Below, piece after piece: positions 29,186 to 43,975 of a DNA stretch of 64,000 nucleotides (the first letter of the stretch is position 1; every line of letters begins with the position of its first letter). This DNA comes from Eledone cirrhosa (Eukaryota): positions 110,298,001-110,362,000 of the forward strand of contig OZ024743.1 in the NCBI GenBank assembly GCA_964016885.1, written 5' to 3'. The translations under genes were made by a program, and so were the position numbers. The notes under the pieces were generated by a model. The model worked only from the letters and a program-made list of their open reading frames with translations, searched no databases and was not told where the DNA came from.

Positions 29186-30005
29186 CTGTCTATACCTAAT
29201 TTTTAGATTATTATTTATTTTATTTTGAACTGTGAATAATTCTTGCATTTACACCCTTTTATATATATGTATCTATTTACCTTTAGCATGTTTTAATCTA
29301 TTATTATTCTATATTCGTTATCATTTACCTAAAGTATCAATAATATATCTCTATATTCCTAATCGTTATTTAAATATTTCTAACAATATATACTTCATAA
29401 GCTTTACATACCGAAAATGTTGACATTTTTATAGGTAATCTTCGTTAAAGATTACATTTAGGAAAATATTCAACAGTGTAAATGTTCCTTTCGCTGGCCA
29501 GGTAAATCCTTTAAATGTTATCCTCATAAAATTAAGAAGTTTTGAAATGTTAACACACTTATAGAATTTATGAAATCAATACATATAAATAACCAGCAAC
29601 TTTTAAAAAAAAACTAAAATGTTGAATCTTCACCCTTAAAATAACATGAATTAAATATTTTGAAACTTAACCGTTTAGCTTTTTGGGAGAAAAATCTCTT
29701 TCTGCATATATTACTCGCCTTTATCTTTCCCCCTCTTTAAATCATCTTTCAGCGGCCCTCGTGACTGTTATAATTCATGAGATGTTTTCCTAGATAACCA
29801 TAACTTGTAATATCCTACATTTTAAAATCTCGATTGCTGTCACATTAACCAACGTTTTTCTTACTCACACATTCTCTATTGAATTTATTACGTTTTCGCA
29901 TTTTCTCATTATTAGGGTATAAATGTTGAGTTTTATCTTGGGTTAATCACTACCTTAATTAAATCTTAACCATATAACATCTCAGGGTATGTCATCTATC
30001 ATTAT

Positions 30006-30058
30006 ATTTTGTCTGATGAGGACGTACTGTTGTACCTCTGAAATATGTATAATACAAT
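30006..30058 (+). ncRNA. Minimal type-I hammerhead ribozyme (3' pLTR)
   Basis: Core and stem II identical to 26206-26258; one stem-I mismatch. Confidence 0.85.
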
Positions 30059-30080
30059 TTAATTGATCAAAAGAACATGT

Positions 30081-32470
30081 GATCACAAATACAACTGGAG
30101 TCTTTTTAAGAATATTTATTTGGTTCCTTTACCAGTTTCGCAGTTATTATGCTTTTCAAAAGTAGAATTGAGATGGAGGGTTTCTGGTTTTTCTCGCATC
30201 TGGTTGGTGTTCGAATGTTAATTCTGTTTCATGTGAAAAGAATTGGCTCGAAATGCTAGGTATTTAGGAAAGTAATATTTTGATTTCGATGACAGTACTT
30301 ACAAGCAAGTATCGGGGACTGCGATGGGTACAAGAGTCCCTCCAACTTATGCTAACTTAGAAATGGCGTACTTAGATGCCTAGATACCTGAACACTGCAA
30401 ATCAAAATACGGATTGAACTTCCACAATTATTCATCAGAGAATTGGAAACACTACTTGGATGATTGCCTTATTTTCGGCCTCACACGCTCGACCAACTAA
30501 ATGGTTTCAAAAATGTAATTAACGTCATCAATTACCATATCCAATTCACAATGGAATACAGCCAAGATCAACTCCCATTTCTGGGCATCTTATTAATCAT
30601 AAAAAGGCACAAATATTGAAATTGACATACACTACAAACCAACAGATTCCGAACAATACCTGCTATTCACCCCCAACCAAACAAAGCACACGAACACGAA
30701 CATCCCTTTTAACCTTACAAGAAGAATTTGCACAAATGTCTCCAATTATGAAACGCGATATAAAAGACTTCAAGAATTAAAGGAAATTCTGCTCGAAAGA
30801 CATTACCCACCATTATTAATAAATAATGGAATAGAAGGGGCTAAAGCAACAGGCATTGATTAATTACGAAAACAAACAAACTCAAGGTACGCCCAATATT
30901 CTATAATATCTCAACACACAAACCAAGAAATGAGGATACATACAACATTATTCACAAGAACATCCTAGAATGAAAAAAGCCCTTGAAACACACAAAATAA
31001 TCAAAAGCAAAATACAACCGAAATCACTAAAAACATTACTCACCAACGCCAATTTACCTACTAGAAACCCACACAAATTGTAAAAAAATGTGGTCGCTCT
31101 AATTGTGGAACCTGCACTCTCCTCATTGAAGGCACAATGTATACATTTCAATCAGGACGACATGTTGTTGTAAAAAATCATTTCACTTGTTCATCAAAAA
31201 ATCGATTTTATGCCATTAAATGTAAAGGATGCAATGAAATTATATAGGACAAACTAAACTCACACTCAGAAACAGAATGACAATTAATCGCCAACAATTA
31301 CGAGACCCTACCAGAAGACAGATACCACTCAGTGCACATATAGGCATATGCGCAAGCGATAAGACACCCAAATTCCAAGTCTACCCAATTTACCTTTGCG
31401 CTGACAATACAACAGAACAAATTTCGAATAAATAAGGAAAATATGTTTATTCAAAAATATAGACCAGCATTAAATTTAGTTTAATATACATTATGTTAAC
31501 ACCATAACATGCTAACCATCCAAACATACACATACACACACACACACATAACACCTATATTCGAAAATAAAAACCAGAGCTAAATAAAGCTTAACATACG
31601 TCAATACTCTTAACATGCTAACCATACCCCCTCCGACACATATAACTCCACCCCATTTCTACTAACAATCATTTTCCTACACACACATAAATATATATTT
31701 GCGCTGACAATACAACAGAACAAATACGAATAAATATAGAAAATATGTTTATTGTAAACTATAGACCAGCATTAAATATAGTTTAATATATATTATGTTA
31801 AAACCATAACATGCTAATATCCAAACCGACACATACACACACACACACACACATACACACACATATGTAATACCCATACACACACATCTCTCCCTCCCCC
31901 ATTTCTACAAATAGAATCATTTTCTTACACACACACATACACACACACACAAACACACACACACACCTGCACACAAAGAAAAATACATATCTCTACTTTC
32001 TTTATTTCAATAGAAAGTCACTGAACCAGAACAATTCTCCCCATCCCTTTTTTCTCGACCATTTTCTTTTGTTTGGCACAACATTTTCTAAATGGCTACA
32101 AAGAAATTCCAAAATACGGGCGCGAATTTAACGTACTTATTCACGTGACAGTCATAACCACTCAAATTTTCGAGCCACTCTTTTAAGTTAAAAAAAACTC
32201 AAAAACGAACTGGCGCGAAATTTATTATACTTATTCACGTGACATTCATCAACCAACCAAATTACTTTTCTAAAAAAAAACTAGCATTTCGAGCCACTTT
32301 TTTCCACATGAAAGAGAAGTAACATTCGAACACCAACCAACTCTGAGACCGGTAAATGAACAAAATAAATATTCTTAAAAAACTCCAGTTGCATTTTCGA
32401 TTTCATCTTTTTTCCTTATACTTTCACTCGTTTTTTTTTTCATTATGGAAAAGAAACACCTCATTTTCTA
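30081..32470 (+). mobile_element. 5'-truncated Penelope-like element (Neptune-like) with inverted 5' pLTR piece
   Basis: 30081-30255 is inverted relative to 32288-32405; RT/GIY-YIG relic inside; 3' end duplicated (31396-31550 / 31698-31860). Confidence 0.88.
30275..31483 (+). pseudogene. PLE RT (C-terminal half) + Cys-rich linker + GIY-YIG endonuclease, disrupted
   Basis: YKQVSGTAMGTRVPPTYANL, WKHYLDDC, IQFTMEYSQDQLPFL, HYKPTDS, KCGRSNCGTC...FTCSS...YAIKCKGCNE/IGQT. Confidence 0.9.
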
Positions 32471-32512
32471 ATATATATATATATATAAATATATAGTGAG
32501 ATATAGATAGAT

Positions 32513-32557
<45 letters not shown>

Positions 32558-33639
32558 GTATGGATATAAAACCCTGCACGAAAATACACAGAGATAGGCA
32601 TACACAATATATATATTAAACATATATATTTATACTAAATGATTATTCCAAATTTTACATTTATCACGAGTTGTTTTCAGATCGTTTGCTACGTATGTGA
32701 AAAAATATCCTGAATGTTAAAATTAATTAGAAATCTGAAAGTAAATAACATATATATATAATTTGATATTATAGTTTATTTCCTTATTGGAAAATTAATT
32801 AACCATCAGCAATATAGAAGCTCTTTTTAATTACCGTATATTTCAAGGGAATATCTACGCATCTGATACAGAAGTATTTCTCTTAATTAAAATGAATTAA
32901 AGAGCTGACACCTCATCGCAATTTCCATGGTGCGTTTTCTTGGTAATTAATTTACGCTCGTTTCCTACCTCATTTGATGATTTTTACTTTTTTTATTCTT
33001 TCATTTATCAGTGAACGTAAATGAGTTGAAGTAAAACGCCGTTCTACCACAGTTGTTTGATTGATTTCCCTTTAGTGTCCCTTCCTGTTTTGATCCCATG
33101 TATGATGATATTTTTTATGGAGGCATTACAATTTAATTTTCATTTATAATGCAACTGAAACCGTATGCCACAATTGTACTCTGAATTAAAATAAAAATTC
33201 ATATATATATATATATATATATAAATATATATACAACGTTACATCTAATATTGAAAATATATGCCCACTTTCACAGGAACGTGTTTTTAAAGTTATCTGA
33301 TTCTACTGCATTTCAACTATTGTCATCTAACAAATTCACGAGTTAGAAACCCCGATGATACAATTTTCATCCCAACAAATGATTACACCCTTTTGACAAT
33401 AGATATGTAGGAAACATGTTTTGAAGGAGTTGTTAAATTGACAGAATTCGGCATATCAGTAAGTTTATATCTGTTTCTCCTTAAGGATTCATATAGTGAC
33501 TATATTGACATAACAATTAAACCGGGCATTGTAAAACTTGCGAAGTCCATAAACCTTCTAGTTCTGAACGCAGTCGGTTTAACATATAGTGACTGAGCGG
33601 GAGGATAATAAATAGAGAACACTATAGAGAGGTGTAATC

Positions 33640-33800
33640 AAAGCTAGTAATGGAACTGGTACGTTTTACTCGCCCTGGGTATTAAGGAAAAGCGAAAGTT
33701 TATCTTGTTAGGGTTTGAACTCAGAGAGCAGAAAACCGGAACGAATATAGCAAAGCATTCTATCCTACCTTTTAACGATTCTACCAATTTACCGCCTCGA
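33640..33800 (-). mobile_element. Degenerate SINE
   Basis: actggtac...gggtttgaactcaga...ctaccaatttaccgcc matches the reverse complement of the SINE head and body. Confidence 0.65.
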
Positions 33801-34199
33801 TTTTTATATTTAATGAATTTTTATATTACTGAATAAAGAAGAATTTGACATGTATACACTTTATCGGAGTAATGTAAAATAAATACGAAATGATTACAAT
33901 TGAAAGTGGAAATTAGAAACAAAATCGCCAAAGTGAAGTTTTACCAATCAAAAACCGTGAACACTATATATCATATCGGATGGAAAGGTGTCTCATTCCA
34001 TGTCAGTTTCGGATGCATTTTCGTCTGGATATTCTGATTAAACATGTAAGATTTCTGATTCATTATATTGAAATAATGTAAGATATTATTTGGCTACCTG
34101 GTGGGGTTGCAAGTAGCGGATAGTAATAAGGCAACCATATATGATGGTTAGTTATGATATAAGTACGCTGTAGCTAGATGAATAATCAACCCTGGAGCA

Positions 34200-36292
34200 A
34201 TAGGGCTAAACTGCTTGGAGAGATACAGCAATGGCCAACAGCATTATGACCCAAGAGAACTCCCATAACGCAGTGTTGTTGCTACGATGGGGCCATGTTT
34301 AGAAACGTCTAGTCGTTGCAGGTGTAAGAAATATACCACATTTTTGACAGGTGTGATGGGACCATCACTACACTGGAATATGACCGGAAAGGGTAAATAT
34401 ATATATACATTCCGCCTCGTTGCAGCCTACATTCGATGTTTGAAGAATTGGAAGTTGGCCTGCAACCTATCCGAGAAGCGTTGGATGGAAGCAGGAATGT
34501 TAAGTGTCCCGAGACACGAAAGAATATCTAGATTGACGCAAACCTTCATAAATGGTAACTGGAATGTTACAACTATTTCAAGCAGGGCGCAGGATTTAAT
34601 GCAGGAGGTCAGATATTACTTGTTAGATATGGTGTAGGTTTTCTTAGCAACGTTATGTGTCTGGTACTCTAGATATGGATGGAAACTAGGAACTACCGCA
34701 TTCAGAGTCCACTTCGGGCAAAGTGATGACGTTGAAATGGAGAGGAAAATGTTCAGCTTAGTAATTTCTGATCCATCCTTTAAATGCTGCGGGCGAATGT
34801 GAATTGGTGTGGTGCCAGATAGATAGCATGAAGAACCCTTGTTTCAATTGTTCTTAGCGTCAAATACGTCATTCAGGCAAAGAAGTAAGCTTGCAATACT
34901 TTATCTGGAAATATGTCATTCTTGCACTTGTGGGACATGTAGACCCGAAAGAGTGCAGAGTAGTGACAGTAAAGATGTCAAGAGTTAAGACATGGGTTGA
35001 CGGAGGACAAATGTGTACTGGCATAACATCCGATACCTTCGTAATGAAAATACTTCTTCCACGCCAACTATTAGGAATGCCTTTGGGGTTCCTCTTTCTT
35101 AAGTGATGGGCATCCTCTCGGGGTTTAGAGAATCATTTGCTGATTTCTTGAACGCCTTGAACAGCATCTTCGAATGTACACGGGTGCACATATGAGCGAT
35201 GGCTGACATCACGGAGGTTGAGTTTAAAAGAACAATTAAATAGCTCAAATGTATCAATGGGAGAAAGAAATTCGGTCCATGATATTAGAGGCGTTAAATA
35301 GAGAAGGCACCTTCTTGCTCTCGCCTGTGCCGTGAGGCCTGGATCTCTGGAAACATACCTCATCAATGGGAATCGGCTGTGCTAATCCCAAATTTAAAAA
35401 AGGGAGACAAGAGAGATTGTTGCAATTACAGAGGGATCTGGTTGATAAGCCTCCCAGGTAAAAGCCATGCTAAGTCTCAGCCAAAGAGCTGTAAGAAGTC
35501 TGTTGTGTTAGCTGAGGAATAGCATCGATTCCCCCCAGACTCAGCTCAGCCAAACAAATATTCACACAGCGGCTGCGTTTCAGAAATCCTAGAAATATTT
35601 CCCAGATTCGTTTGCTTGTTGCGTACACCTCGAAAACGAATATAATAGTGATCCAAGAGACCTGTTTTGGAAGGTTCCGTGAGAGTATGGGATCAATGGA
35701 CAACTTCTAGTTGCCTTGTTTAATCTAAATGAATACCTAAATATGTCTGTGTAGGTAAATTGTGCTAAGTCGAAACCATTCAATGTGGGTGAATTGAGTT
35801 TTGGATTGCAGGAATTGGTTCAGCAACGCGCCAGCTTCAGCAATCGGTCATTGGGAAAAGGAAAATAGGTTTAAAATCCAAACTGACTGTCTTCAATATC
35901 TCATGAAATAATTGCTACACTGATTTTACGGGGTAGACTCCGAGCAAGATGGTCGGATAATATGCATGGACTCGGTTATTCTTGTTTGATGATCTAGCTG
36001 GCTCAATTGGAGAGGGTTGAGTCTGACATGAGCCATGGGAAGGTGTGCTTGTGGGCTCATGTCCATGACCTTCCCATGCATACGTAGGCACAGAAGAAGA
36101 AGAAGAAGAAGAAGAAGAAGAAGAAGAAGAAGAAGAAGAAGAAGAAGAAGAAGAAGAAGAAGAAGAAGAAGAAGAAGAAGAAGAAGAAGAAGAAGAAGAA
36201 GAAGAAGAAGAAGAAGAAGAAGAAGAAGAAGAAGAAGAAGAAGAAGAAGAAGAAGAAGAAGAAGAAGAAGAAGAAGAAGAAGAAGAAGAAGA
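34200..36292 (+). mobile_element. RTE-clade LINE, heavily deleted, with expanded (AAG)n tail (36092-36292)
   Basis: FINGNWNVTTISSRAQDLMQEVRYYLLDMV (APE start), FKKGDKRDCCNYRGI..ISLPGK (RT start); homologous to 59400-59480. Confidence 0.85.
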
Positions 36293-37735
36293 ACTATATT
36301 TGTGTGTCCAATAACGTTATTTTCGAAGAATAAATTGAGAAAATATGAAATAAGGTAAAGAGGATTGTAATAGAATTTCAAATATCAATTTCATACTGCA
36401 AATAAATGATGAACATGATGAACATGCAAATAAAAGAGGGAAAACGCTAAGTTTTATTTTTGCATAAAAAATGCAATACATGTTTTGAATATTTAATGAT
36501 ATATCTGGGTAGTAATTTAGAAATATTACATTCTATCACGCAACCTTTCAAATTATATGATCTGCAAACTTGAATAATCCAAATACACATATATGCGAAT
36601 AATTACTATATCATTTTCAAATCACATATGGACGTGATTTATTTGCAAGCTTTACTTATATTAACTTTATACAGCAATTATTTCAAATGAAATTGACCAT
36701 GATCTCTTTTCCGTTACCATATCAATGTTTTCCAACATTTTATAAACGGCTTCACTTACTAGTTAGGTTATCAATTGGTAAATAAACTGATTTAAATGTC
36801 TTATTGTTGTTTTAATTTACCGCTCGGACATCTTATTTGAACTCATTTATAATCAAAGGCTTTCCATCTGTTAACATTCTGCATTTTATTGACACGCATT
36901 TCATACGTCACATACCTATCTAAACTGCTTTAGTATTTTATCATGATAAATTTATTTTCTGGTCGTACCACATTTGAGATTTAATATAAACAACTAATGT
37001 ATGTAATGAAAAGATATCGTGTTTTTTAGTCTCAAATAAACATTGAGCATGCTATTATTCCAGAGATACGTGTGTAGGGTATTGGATTGCCTCGCCTGGG
37101 TACAATTGAGTACCATTTAAGTATTGTAGGGGATATAATCGATTCTACCCTAATTTACCTGTCGGGCAAATGTTAAATCGATACATTTATTGTATAAATG
37201 CACCATTATATATCAGGTATAAAACTAGATAATTTAAATACAAAGACATACAAAGGGAGGGAATGAAGACAAAACGAAAGGGACTGTTACAAGGGAATAT
37301 TGAGTAGGCGTGTATTATTATCGACTCAGCTCAGTTTAGTAGATTAACAGAATTATTTGCAACATTCAATTACAACTCTTTTTTTTTTCCAACTTGAAAT
37401 ACCATACTGCCAGTGTCAAATTTATTTTCATTCTTCTGGTGTCGGGTAAGTTAATGTATCTGTCGTGTACTGGTGTTGATGTAATCTCCCCCAGAAAGTC
37501 GTAGGCATTATTTCAAAATAAAAAAAACTAAATCCTTATTATCTCTGCAAAAAAGGATAATTAAAAATACAACAAACTATACATGTAATGAGGTAAAAAC
37601 GTCAGAGGGAATAAGATCGAACACATAAGAATTTCTTGTGTAAACTTGCAACTAAATAGTTCAAAGATATAATAGACACATTTTATTTTATGTTTCAATG
37701 TTTCGTATCCTTCCATCTATCTTTCAATTTTCATC

Positions 37736-37849
<114 letters not shown>

Positions 37850-38394
37850 CCAATGTATCTATATACTCATCTAACTACCCATCTATGTAGCTATCCATTT
37901 GTGTGTCAGTTATGAATAATGAGGTGAATCGAAAAATAATAGATCGGAACCAAAACACCAACAACTATTTGTCCAAATACGCCACTAGTTACTTCAAATA
38001 GAGTTTCGATAAATCATATAATATATACGTTTTAATTTCGTAGGCATACTCTTGTATACAAAAACTATATAACAAACGAATTATATTATGTCCATAACAT
38101 TTGCATAAGAGTTATAGGTATGAAACGGGGATAAAATAATAATATCGTATGAAATACGTAGAAAGGCATTAAATTGCAGTTGGAAACCATCTGCTATATA
38201 AAACTTATGTATCGGTCAAATGAATACGATGCAATTCCTTCTTCAAGCATATATGCATTTATCGAGCCATCTTTTTATCTGTCTATGTCACTGTCCATCT
38301 TCTATAGCTTCTATCTGCCAGTTTCTCTCTCTATCTCCCTGAGCGTTTGTCTGTTTAGCAAATACCATATCTCACTCTATCTATATATATATTC

Positions 38395-38443
<49 letters not shown>

Positions 38444-38445
38444 CA

Positions 38446-39647
38446 TACCTCAAATGCATCAAAAAAACAAGCTCAACTATCTCAGAGTGAGATTGAGCTA
38501 GTATTAAGGAACCACATGGATAAAATTTTGTTTATTCAGAAAGCCAAACTTTTCGGCAGCATCTCGGTGCTAATGAAAAACAACATAACAGCACAAACAT
38601 ATTCCATCGCGCCCATTGTGTCCACCCATTTTACATTTTTCCCTACATACATGGGAAAAAGAACGCAAAAAATAATAATTACATGTATAAGACCCAAAGT
38701 AGATATTTGGTGGATACTTTATGGCCTAATTGACTTTGAAGAAGACACTTTGATCTCAGTAGGAAAATCCTCCAGAGATATATTTAGTGGGACTAGCGTC
38801 GAAATTCTGGTGCAGATGAGCCCAGAACATATAATGAAAATCCCACAGAGAGTACCTCTGGATGGACAGACCTACATAAACATTTCGGTTGAGGGTAGGC
38901 GGTCCGCATGTTACCACTGCGCAAGCAGAGGTCACCTAAGGGCTGCCTATCTTCAATTGACAAAAAAAAAACACTTTTACCAACACCACAACTAACAACA
39001 CAACCACCACCACCACCACCGCGACAACAGAGAACACTATCCCACCAAACCCCTCCCCACCCAAAACAAATACAAAACACACAGAGACACTACAGAACCC
39101 CAAAACATACCCCTTCCCATCAACACGGATGAGGAACCCCTATCGACGGCACCCAGCGGCGATGAGGAGGAAACCTTCCAACCCGTGAAAAGAATAAAAA
39201 GAAAGAACCGCATGAACAAAAACGAAACAAACACAAAAACCAGCACAAACAGCACAAAAATTACAAACAAAAGTTCCCCCTTCCGAAAACAAAACACCCA
39301 CAACAAAGAGAAAACACATGCAGGAACCACAGACAAAAACAAACACAACACAGGAAAAGTACACATACAGTTACATAAACGAAGAAAATAGAACACTGAT
39401 GGAGACCATCATTAACAACCCTTTATCAAAAACCGAAGGGAAAACTTTGGATAGCTCCAACAAAAACCAAAAAATGAACCTAAAACTGATCAGGGTCCCT
39501 ATAGGAACTTATAGATCCCTAAAAGAAACATTTGTAGAGGACGTGGGGAATTACTGCGTGAAACCAATCAACCGCGTCCTCTACAAAGGCCTCCCCACCA
39601 CAGGCACTCTTACCCAAGTCATCCCCACCCCACCATACACCCCTTAA
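38446..39647 (+). pseudogene. LINE ORF1 (gag-like, zinc knuckle), frameshifted
   Basis: ISVEGRRSACYHCASRGHLRAAY (CX2CX4HX4C with the last Cys lost), followed by a Pro/Thr/Lys-rich region. Confidence 0.75.
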
Positions 39648-39763
39648 CCACCCCGCCAGAAAACTTCACCCCACCCAACAACCCACCCCCCATCCTCATG
39701 GAAATTGTGCAGCCCGATACCCGGGAAGCAGATAGGTAAGTGCCTTTTCTCTTCACCACCAAC

Positions 39764-42620
39764 ATGGCTATGCTAAGAGTAGGCTGTCTAAATGCGCGTC
39801 CCTGGACTCAACTTGGAAGCAAGCAATGCTTCTAAATGACCTCAGGTCTCAAAGTATAGATGTGATGGTTATTTGCGAGGCCCGGATCAGCAACGTGCGA
39901 CAGCTGGCCCCAGCTGGCCCCCACCTTTGATGACTTTGAGATGCACGCATCTCTCTCTCAGCCCGGAGGTGTGGTGGGATTGTCGTTCTGCTGCAAAAAC
40001 ATCTGGGTTTCGCAACACAGACGGTACATTTGGACCCGGAGGGTCGACTAGTGGTTCTGGACCATGGCAGTGGTGAAGGCGGAGCGTTTAGGTTGGTAGC
40101 CGCCTACGGCCCTTTCGGGTCAATGCGGCCGGAGTTCTTCCATCGTCTGGAGACTTTTATAGGGACGTCCCGCTCCTTGCTATTAGTGGAGGACTGGAAT
40201 GGTATCCTAGATGCACGCTGGGACTACGTAGGGGGCCTGTCCTGATAGAGAGGGGTGTAATAGCCTCAAAGGGTTAATCGATCGATTTGACCTGGCCGAT
40301 AGATATCGACTAGATTTTCCGACTGCGCCAACCTGGACTTGGGCAAATCGTAGCGGATCATATATGTCGTACCTAGATAGGGTCTTAGTTAGAAATAAGG
40401 ATAAGGACTTTTTAAGTTGTCCAAAAATGCGCATGGTTGGCTATTCAGACCACAAGTTAGTGAGCTGCATGGTCAACCTTGACAGAACACATAGACAGGG
40501 ACCCTGTTACTGGAAGCTCAACTTGTCCTTACCGGCAAGTAAGGTTTACAGGGACCGGATTAGCACTTTAGTTAAGGAGCGGTTGACGGGCGCCATCGTC
40601 AACAGAAGGTGGTGGGGATCTCTCAAAAGAGAGATTAGAGTAGTCTCTATAGAATTTAGTAAGGAGTTAGCCTCAAATAGAAATAGGAAGGAAAGGGAGT
40701 TGGTAGATGGTGTAGAAGAGGCAATTAGAAGCGGCGACGTGGTCAGATTTCTAGCGTCGAGAACGGCCCTGGGCCAGATCTTCGACGCAAAACACGCGAG
40801 GCTGCATCGAGGAGGAAACGAGGGGACCAAAGCTGTTAGCTGGGCCCGCGTGACAGAAGCCAAAAGAGGGAGTAGAGCCACTATCCGGTCTTTGCGAGAC
40901 CAGGATGGACGCGTGATCCTTGAACCTAAGCAGATGTGCGAGGCTTTTCAAAAGCACTTTGCCAGATTGTTCAGAAGGCTCGGGGAGCCGGTTGGGGAAG
41001 TGGACTTCGGTCCATACCTCGACAGCCTGCCGCGTCTCTCGGACAGGGAGGCGAAGTCCTGCGAGGATCCGATTTCAGCCGCTGAGATAGAGGATGTGCT
41101 GAGCCAATGCGGCAAACGTAAATCGCCGGGTCTCGATGCTCTTCCATACGAACTATATCTAGCTATGCCGGACTTGTTCCCCGATCTCCTCGAGGCGGTC
41201 TACTGAAACTGGCAACCGAACGGGAGAATTCCCTGTGCTTTGACCAAGGGCGTAGTCAGGCTAGTGAGGAAGGACGAGAACAAGGGGGACGATATAAATA
41301 ATTTCAGACCCATAACTCTGCTAAATACAGAGTTACAGATTTTTGCAAAGGTGCTAGCAAAGAGGTTGGCGCTTGTCGTTGGAGATGGTGGGAGATGCGC
41401 AGACATGTGCTATCCGTCCAGGTCCATCCACGACAAACTCCACCTCTTGCGATACATCATAGATAGGGTTGGAAACGAACTCGGCTTTGGTGGGGCCCTG
41501 ATCAACTTGGATCAATCTAAGGCGTTCGATAGGGTCGACCATAGTTACCTGGATGCGGTGCTAGCAGCGGCAGGCTTCGGACCCGTTTTCAGGGACTGGA
41601 TCAATGCCATGCACCGCAGTCGCATCTGCTCTAGGGTCAAGGTGAACGGCTACCTCTCGGAGCCGTTCGAAATCGCGCGGTCCATCTTACAAGGGTGCCC
41701 TCTCTCCTCCCTTCTGTATGTAATGACTCAAGAGCAACTGCTGCGGAAGTTGGAGTTGTTGCAGGGCATCCCTTTGGAACCGGGATTGCGGAAAGCGGTG
41801 TCGGCCTACGCCGACGAGGTAACAGTTATGGTGTCGACGGCCTCGGAAATCGGGGCGATCGGCACCTTACTGGAGGAGTACGAAAGGTTTACAGGGGCTA
41901 AGCTGAACCGGGACAAGTCGATTGGTCTGCAACTCGGCACGTGGAGGGGCAGATCTATGCCCTCCGATGGCGTCGTCGGGCGCTAGACGGAGGGCCCGGT
42001 GAAGTTGCTCCGGGTGGAGAAGAACTGGGGTGGGGTAACGAACAGGGTGTTTGCTAACCCAGAAGTGGGCCGAGTGCAAACTGTGCCTGAAAGGTCGGGC
42101 GGAGCTGGCGAACACTTATATAGCGTCCGTCATCTACTACCGCCTGACCGCTGTGCCTTGCCCAAGGGAAACCCTCGCCAAAATGGAGCACGCACTCTTC
42201 CAATTCCATTGGAAGAAGCGGGCTCCTATGGTGAGGAGATCCACCTGCTATCAACACCCTTCGAAAGGAAGGCTAGTGATGCCGTGGCTAATGATACGTA
42301 AACACGCATTAAGGCTACGGCACCTCCAGGTATTCCTCACCGGTCAACCGGTGTGGGCCCCGTTTGTGAGTCGAGCCTTTCCCAGACTCGTCTCTCTCAC
42401 CGAGCTGCAATCCTGGGTCAAGCAAAGACCGAGAAAGCTGGGCGCCTGGCACACCGAGTCTGCCCAGGCGCTCATGGCTCTCTGACAGGCGGACCCGGCT
42501 GTCAGTGGAGAATCCACCTCGTCATTCTATAGAAGGCTGGTGGTTAGCAGGTGCGACGACGCCCTCGGAGAAGCCCTAGGCATGGAGGAAGACGAACTGG
42601 GCAACCTGTTCGGTAGGACA
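39764..42620 (+). pseudogene. LINE ORF2 (APE endonuclease + reverse transcriptase), disrupted
   Basis: MAMLRVGCLNAR, EDWNGILD, SYLDRV, SDHK, YWKLN, KSPGLDAL, NFRPITLLN, LDQSKAFDRVDH, QGCPLS, AYADEV. Confidence 0.93.
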
Positions 42621-43003
42621 AAGAATTTTTGCTGGAGCCACTTTTTTAACATAAAAACAGTCTTGGCGCAAAATCAACTTTTTACATTCACATGACGTCT
42701 ACTGACCAATCAAAATTGTTTTGACACAAGCATTTTTACAACACAAAAATAACGCTGGAGCCACTTTTTTAACATAAAAACAGGTAGAATTCCCAAAACT
42801 AATCAGATCAGAGCAAACAGCACGGACACTCTATCTCAAAATTATTTTTGAAAAGCATTTAGAAATGCGCAACCGGTAAAAACTTAAAAGCTTAAAACCA
42901 CAACTGAATACTAACCCATACAATCACTAATACTCTTTTATTCCTAATTAAACCATTTTTAAACTGTGAACAATTTGTCAGCATTTTCTATTCCGTTTAC
43001 CAA
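42620..43003 (+). mobile_element. Neptune-type pLTR fragment with a mutated variant hammerhead (42845-42882)
   Basis: Similar to 32100-32400 (gagccactttttt, ggcgcaaa, ttcacatgac); TTGAAAA-GCATT/TAGA/AATGC-GCAA-CCGG-TA. Confidence 0.7.
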
Positions 43004-43007
43004 TATA

Positions 43008-43044
<37 letters not shown>

Positions 43045-43046
<2 letters not shown>

Positions 43047-43393
43047 GCAAAAGTTTTATTTAAGATTGTTGGGTCACAACGAGTAAATATTTTATAACTG
43101 ATATAAAAGCACTCAACAGTTTCTGGAGTAGGTTTACGATATTAAACAAATGGAAACTATATTTATAAAACCATATTTATTTCGTTATATATATTTCCGG
43201 GATATCACTACCAAATCAACTTTTTAAATGGAAGTTGCATTATTATAAGGTATCTCAAAAATTATTTATAAAACAGCTTATGTATTGTATTTTGTCTGAG
43301 GAAGGCATACCATATTTTTAATATGATATCCCAGAAATATATATAACGAAATAAATATGGTTTTATAAATATAGTTTCCATTTGTTTAATATC

Positions 43394-43396
<3 letters not shown>
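43045..43396 (+). mobile_element. Fold-back PLE pLTR derivative in (TA)n
   Basis: 43135-43207 is inverted relative to 43324-43396; same family as 18121-18232 and 46414-46785. Confidence 0.8.
43288..43353 (+). ncRNA. Minimal type-I hammerhead ribozyme
   Basis: tattttgt-CTGAGGA-[stem II]-GAAA-TATATA-TA-acgaaata; 8-bp stem I; base of stem II imperfect. Confidence 0.75.
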
Positions 43397-43463
<67 letters not shown>

Positions 43464-43489
43464 GTGTGTGTGTGTGTATCCCTGTAATG

Positions 43490-43975
43490 TGTCGGTTTCC
43501 CCAGAGATGGCAAGGATTTGATTTATATCTCATGCCTGAAGGGTAAATTGATACTGGAATCAGGCCTATCATATCGATAATGACATTGAACCAATAATCT
43601 GTGGGACATATATGTAGGTTATTCAATAATTTTGATTATTAATGGATTTGACACCAATAGGAGCATTAAAGCTATTATTTGAACAGGCTGATTCCAGAGG
43701 AAATGAGTTATTCTCGCCATATTGGTGTGTTGTATGTAACCAGCAAAGGGTATATATTATGAATATTTAATTTTAGATACCGAACTTTACATATGCTTCA
43801 AAGATGATTGGTTCAATAGCTTTATTGATATGATAGACCTGACTCCAGTCTCAATATGACCACCTGGCATGTAAGCCGATTTAAATCTGCACATATACTG
43901 AGAAGATCGACACTGAAGCCAAGTCTATCATATCGATGGTACATGGGCCCAATCATCTGTGAAACATATGTAACG
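43490..43975. repeat. Old diverged inverted repeat (43515-43600 / 43803-43888) with a third partial copy; MITE-like
   Basis: actggaatcaggcctatcatatcgataa vs ttattgatatgatagacctgactccagt; third copy at 43923-43970. Confidence 0.5.

Larger units (their letters stand above)
38446..42620 (+). mobile_element. Tx1/L1-clade LINE, 5'- and 3'-truncated, starting at an (ATCT)n tract
   Basis: ORF1 with zinc knuckle followed by ORF2 with APE and RT; sharp rise in GC; ends abruptly at a PLE pLTR fragment. Confidence 0.92.

Noticed and set aside
35926-36381. Poly-Leu / poly-Arg ORFs
   Set aside because: Translation of the (AAG)n tail of an RTE element
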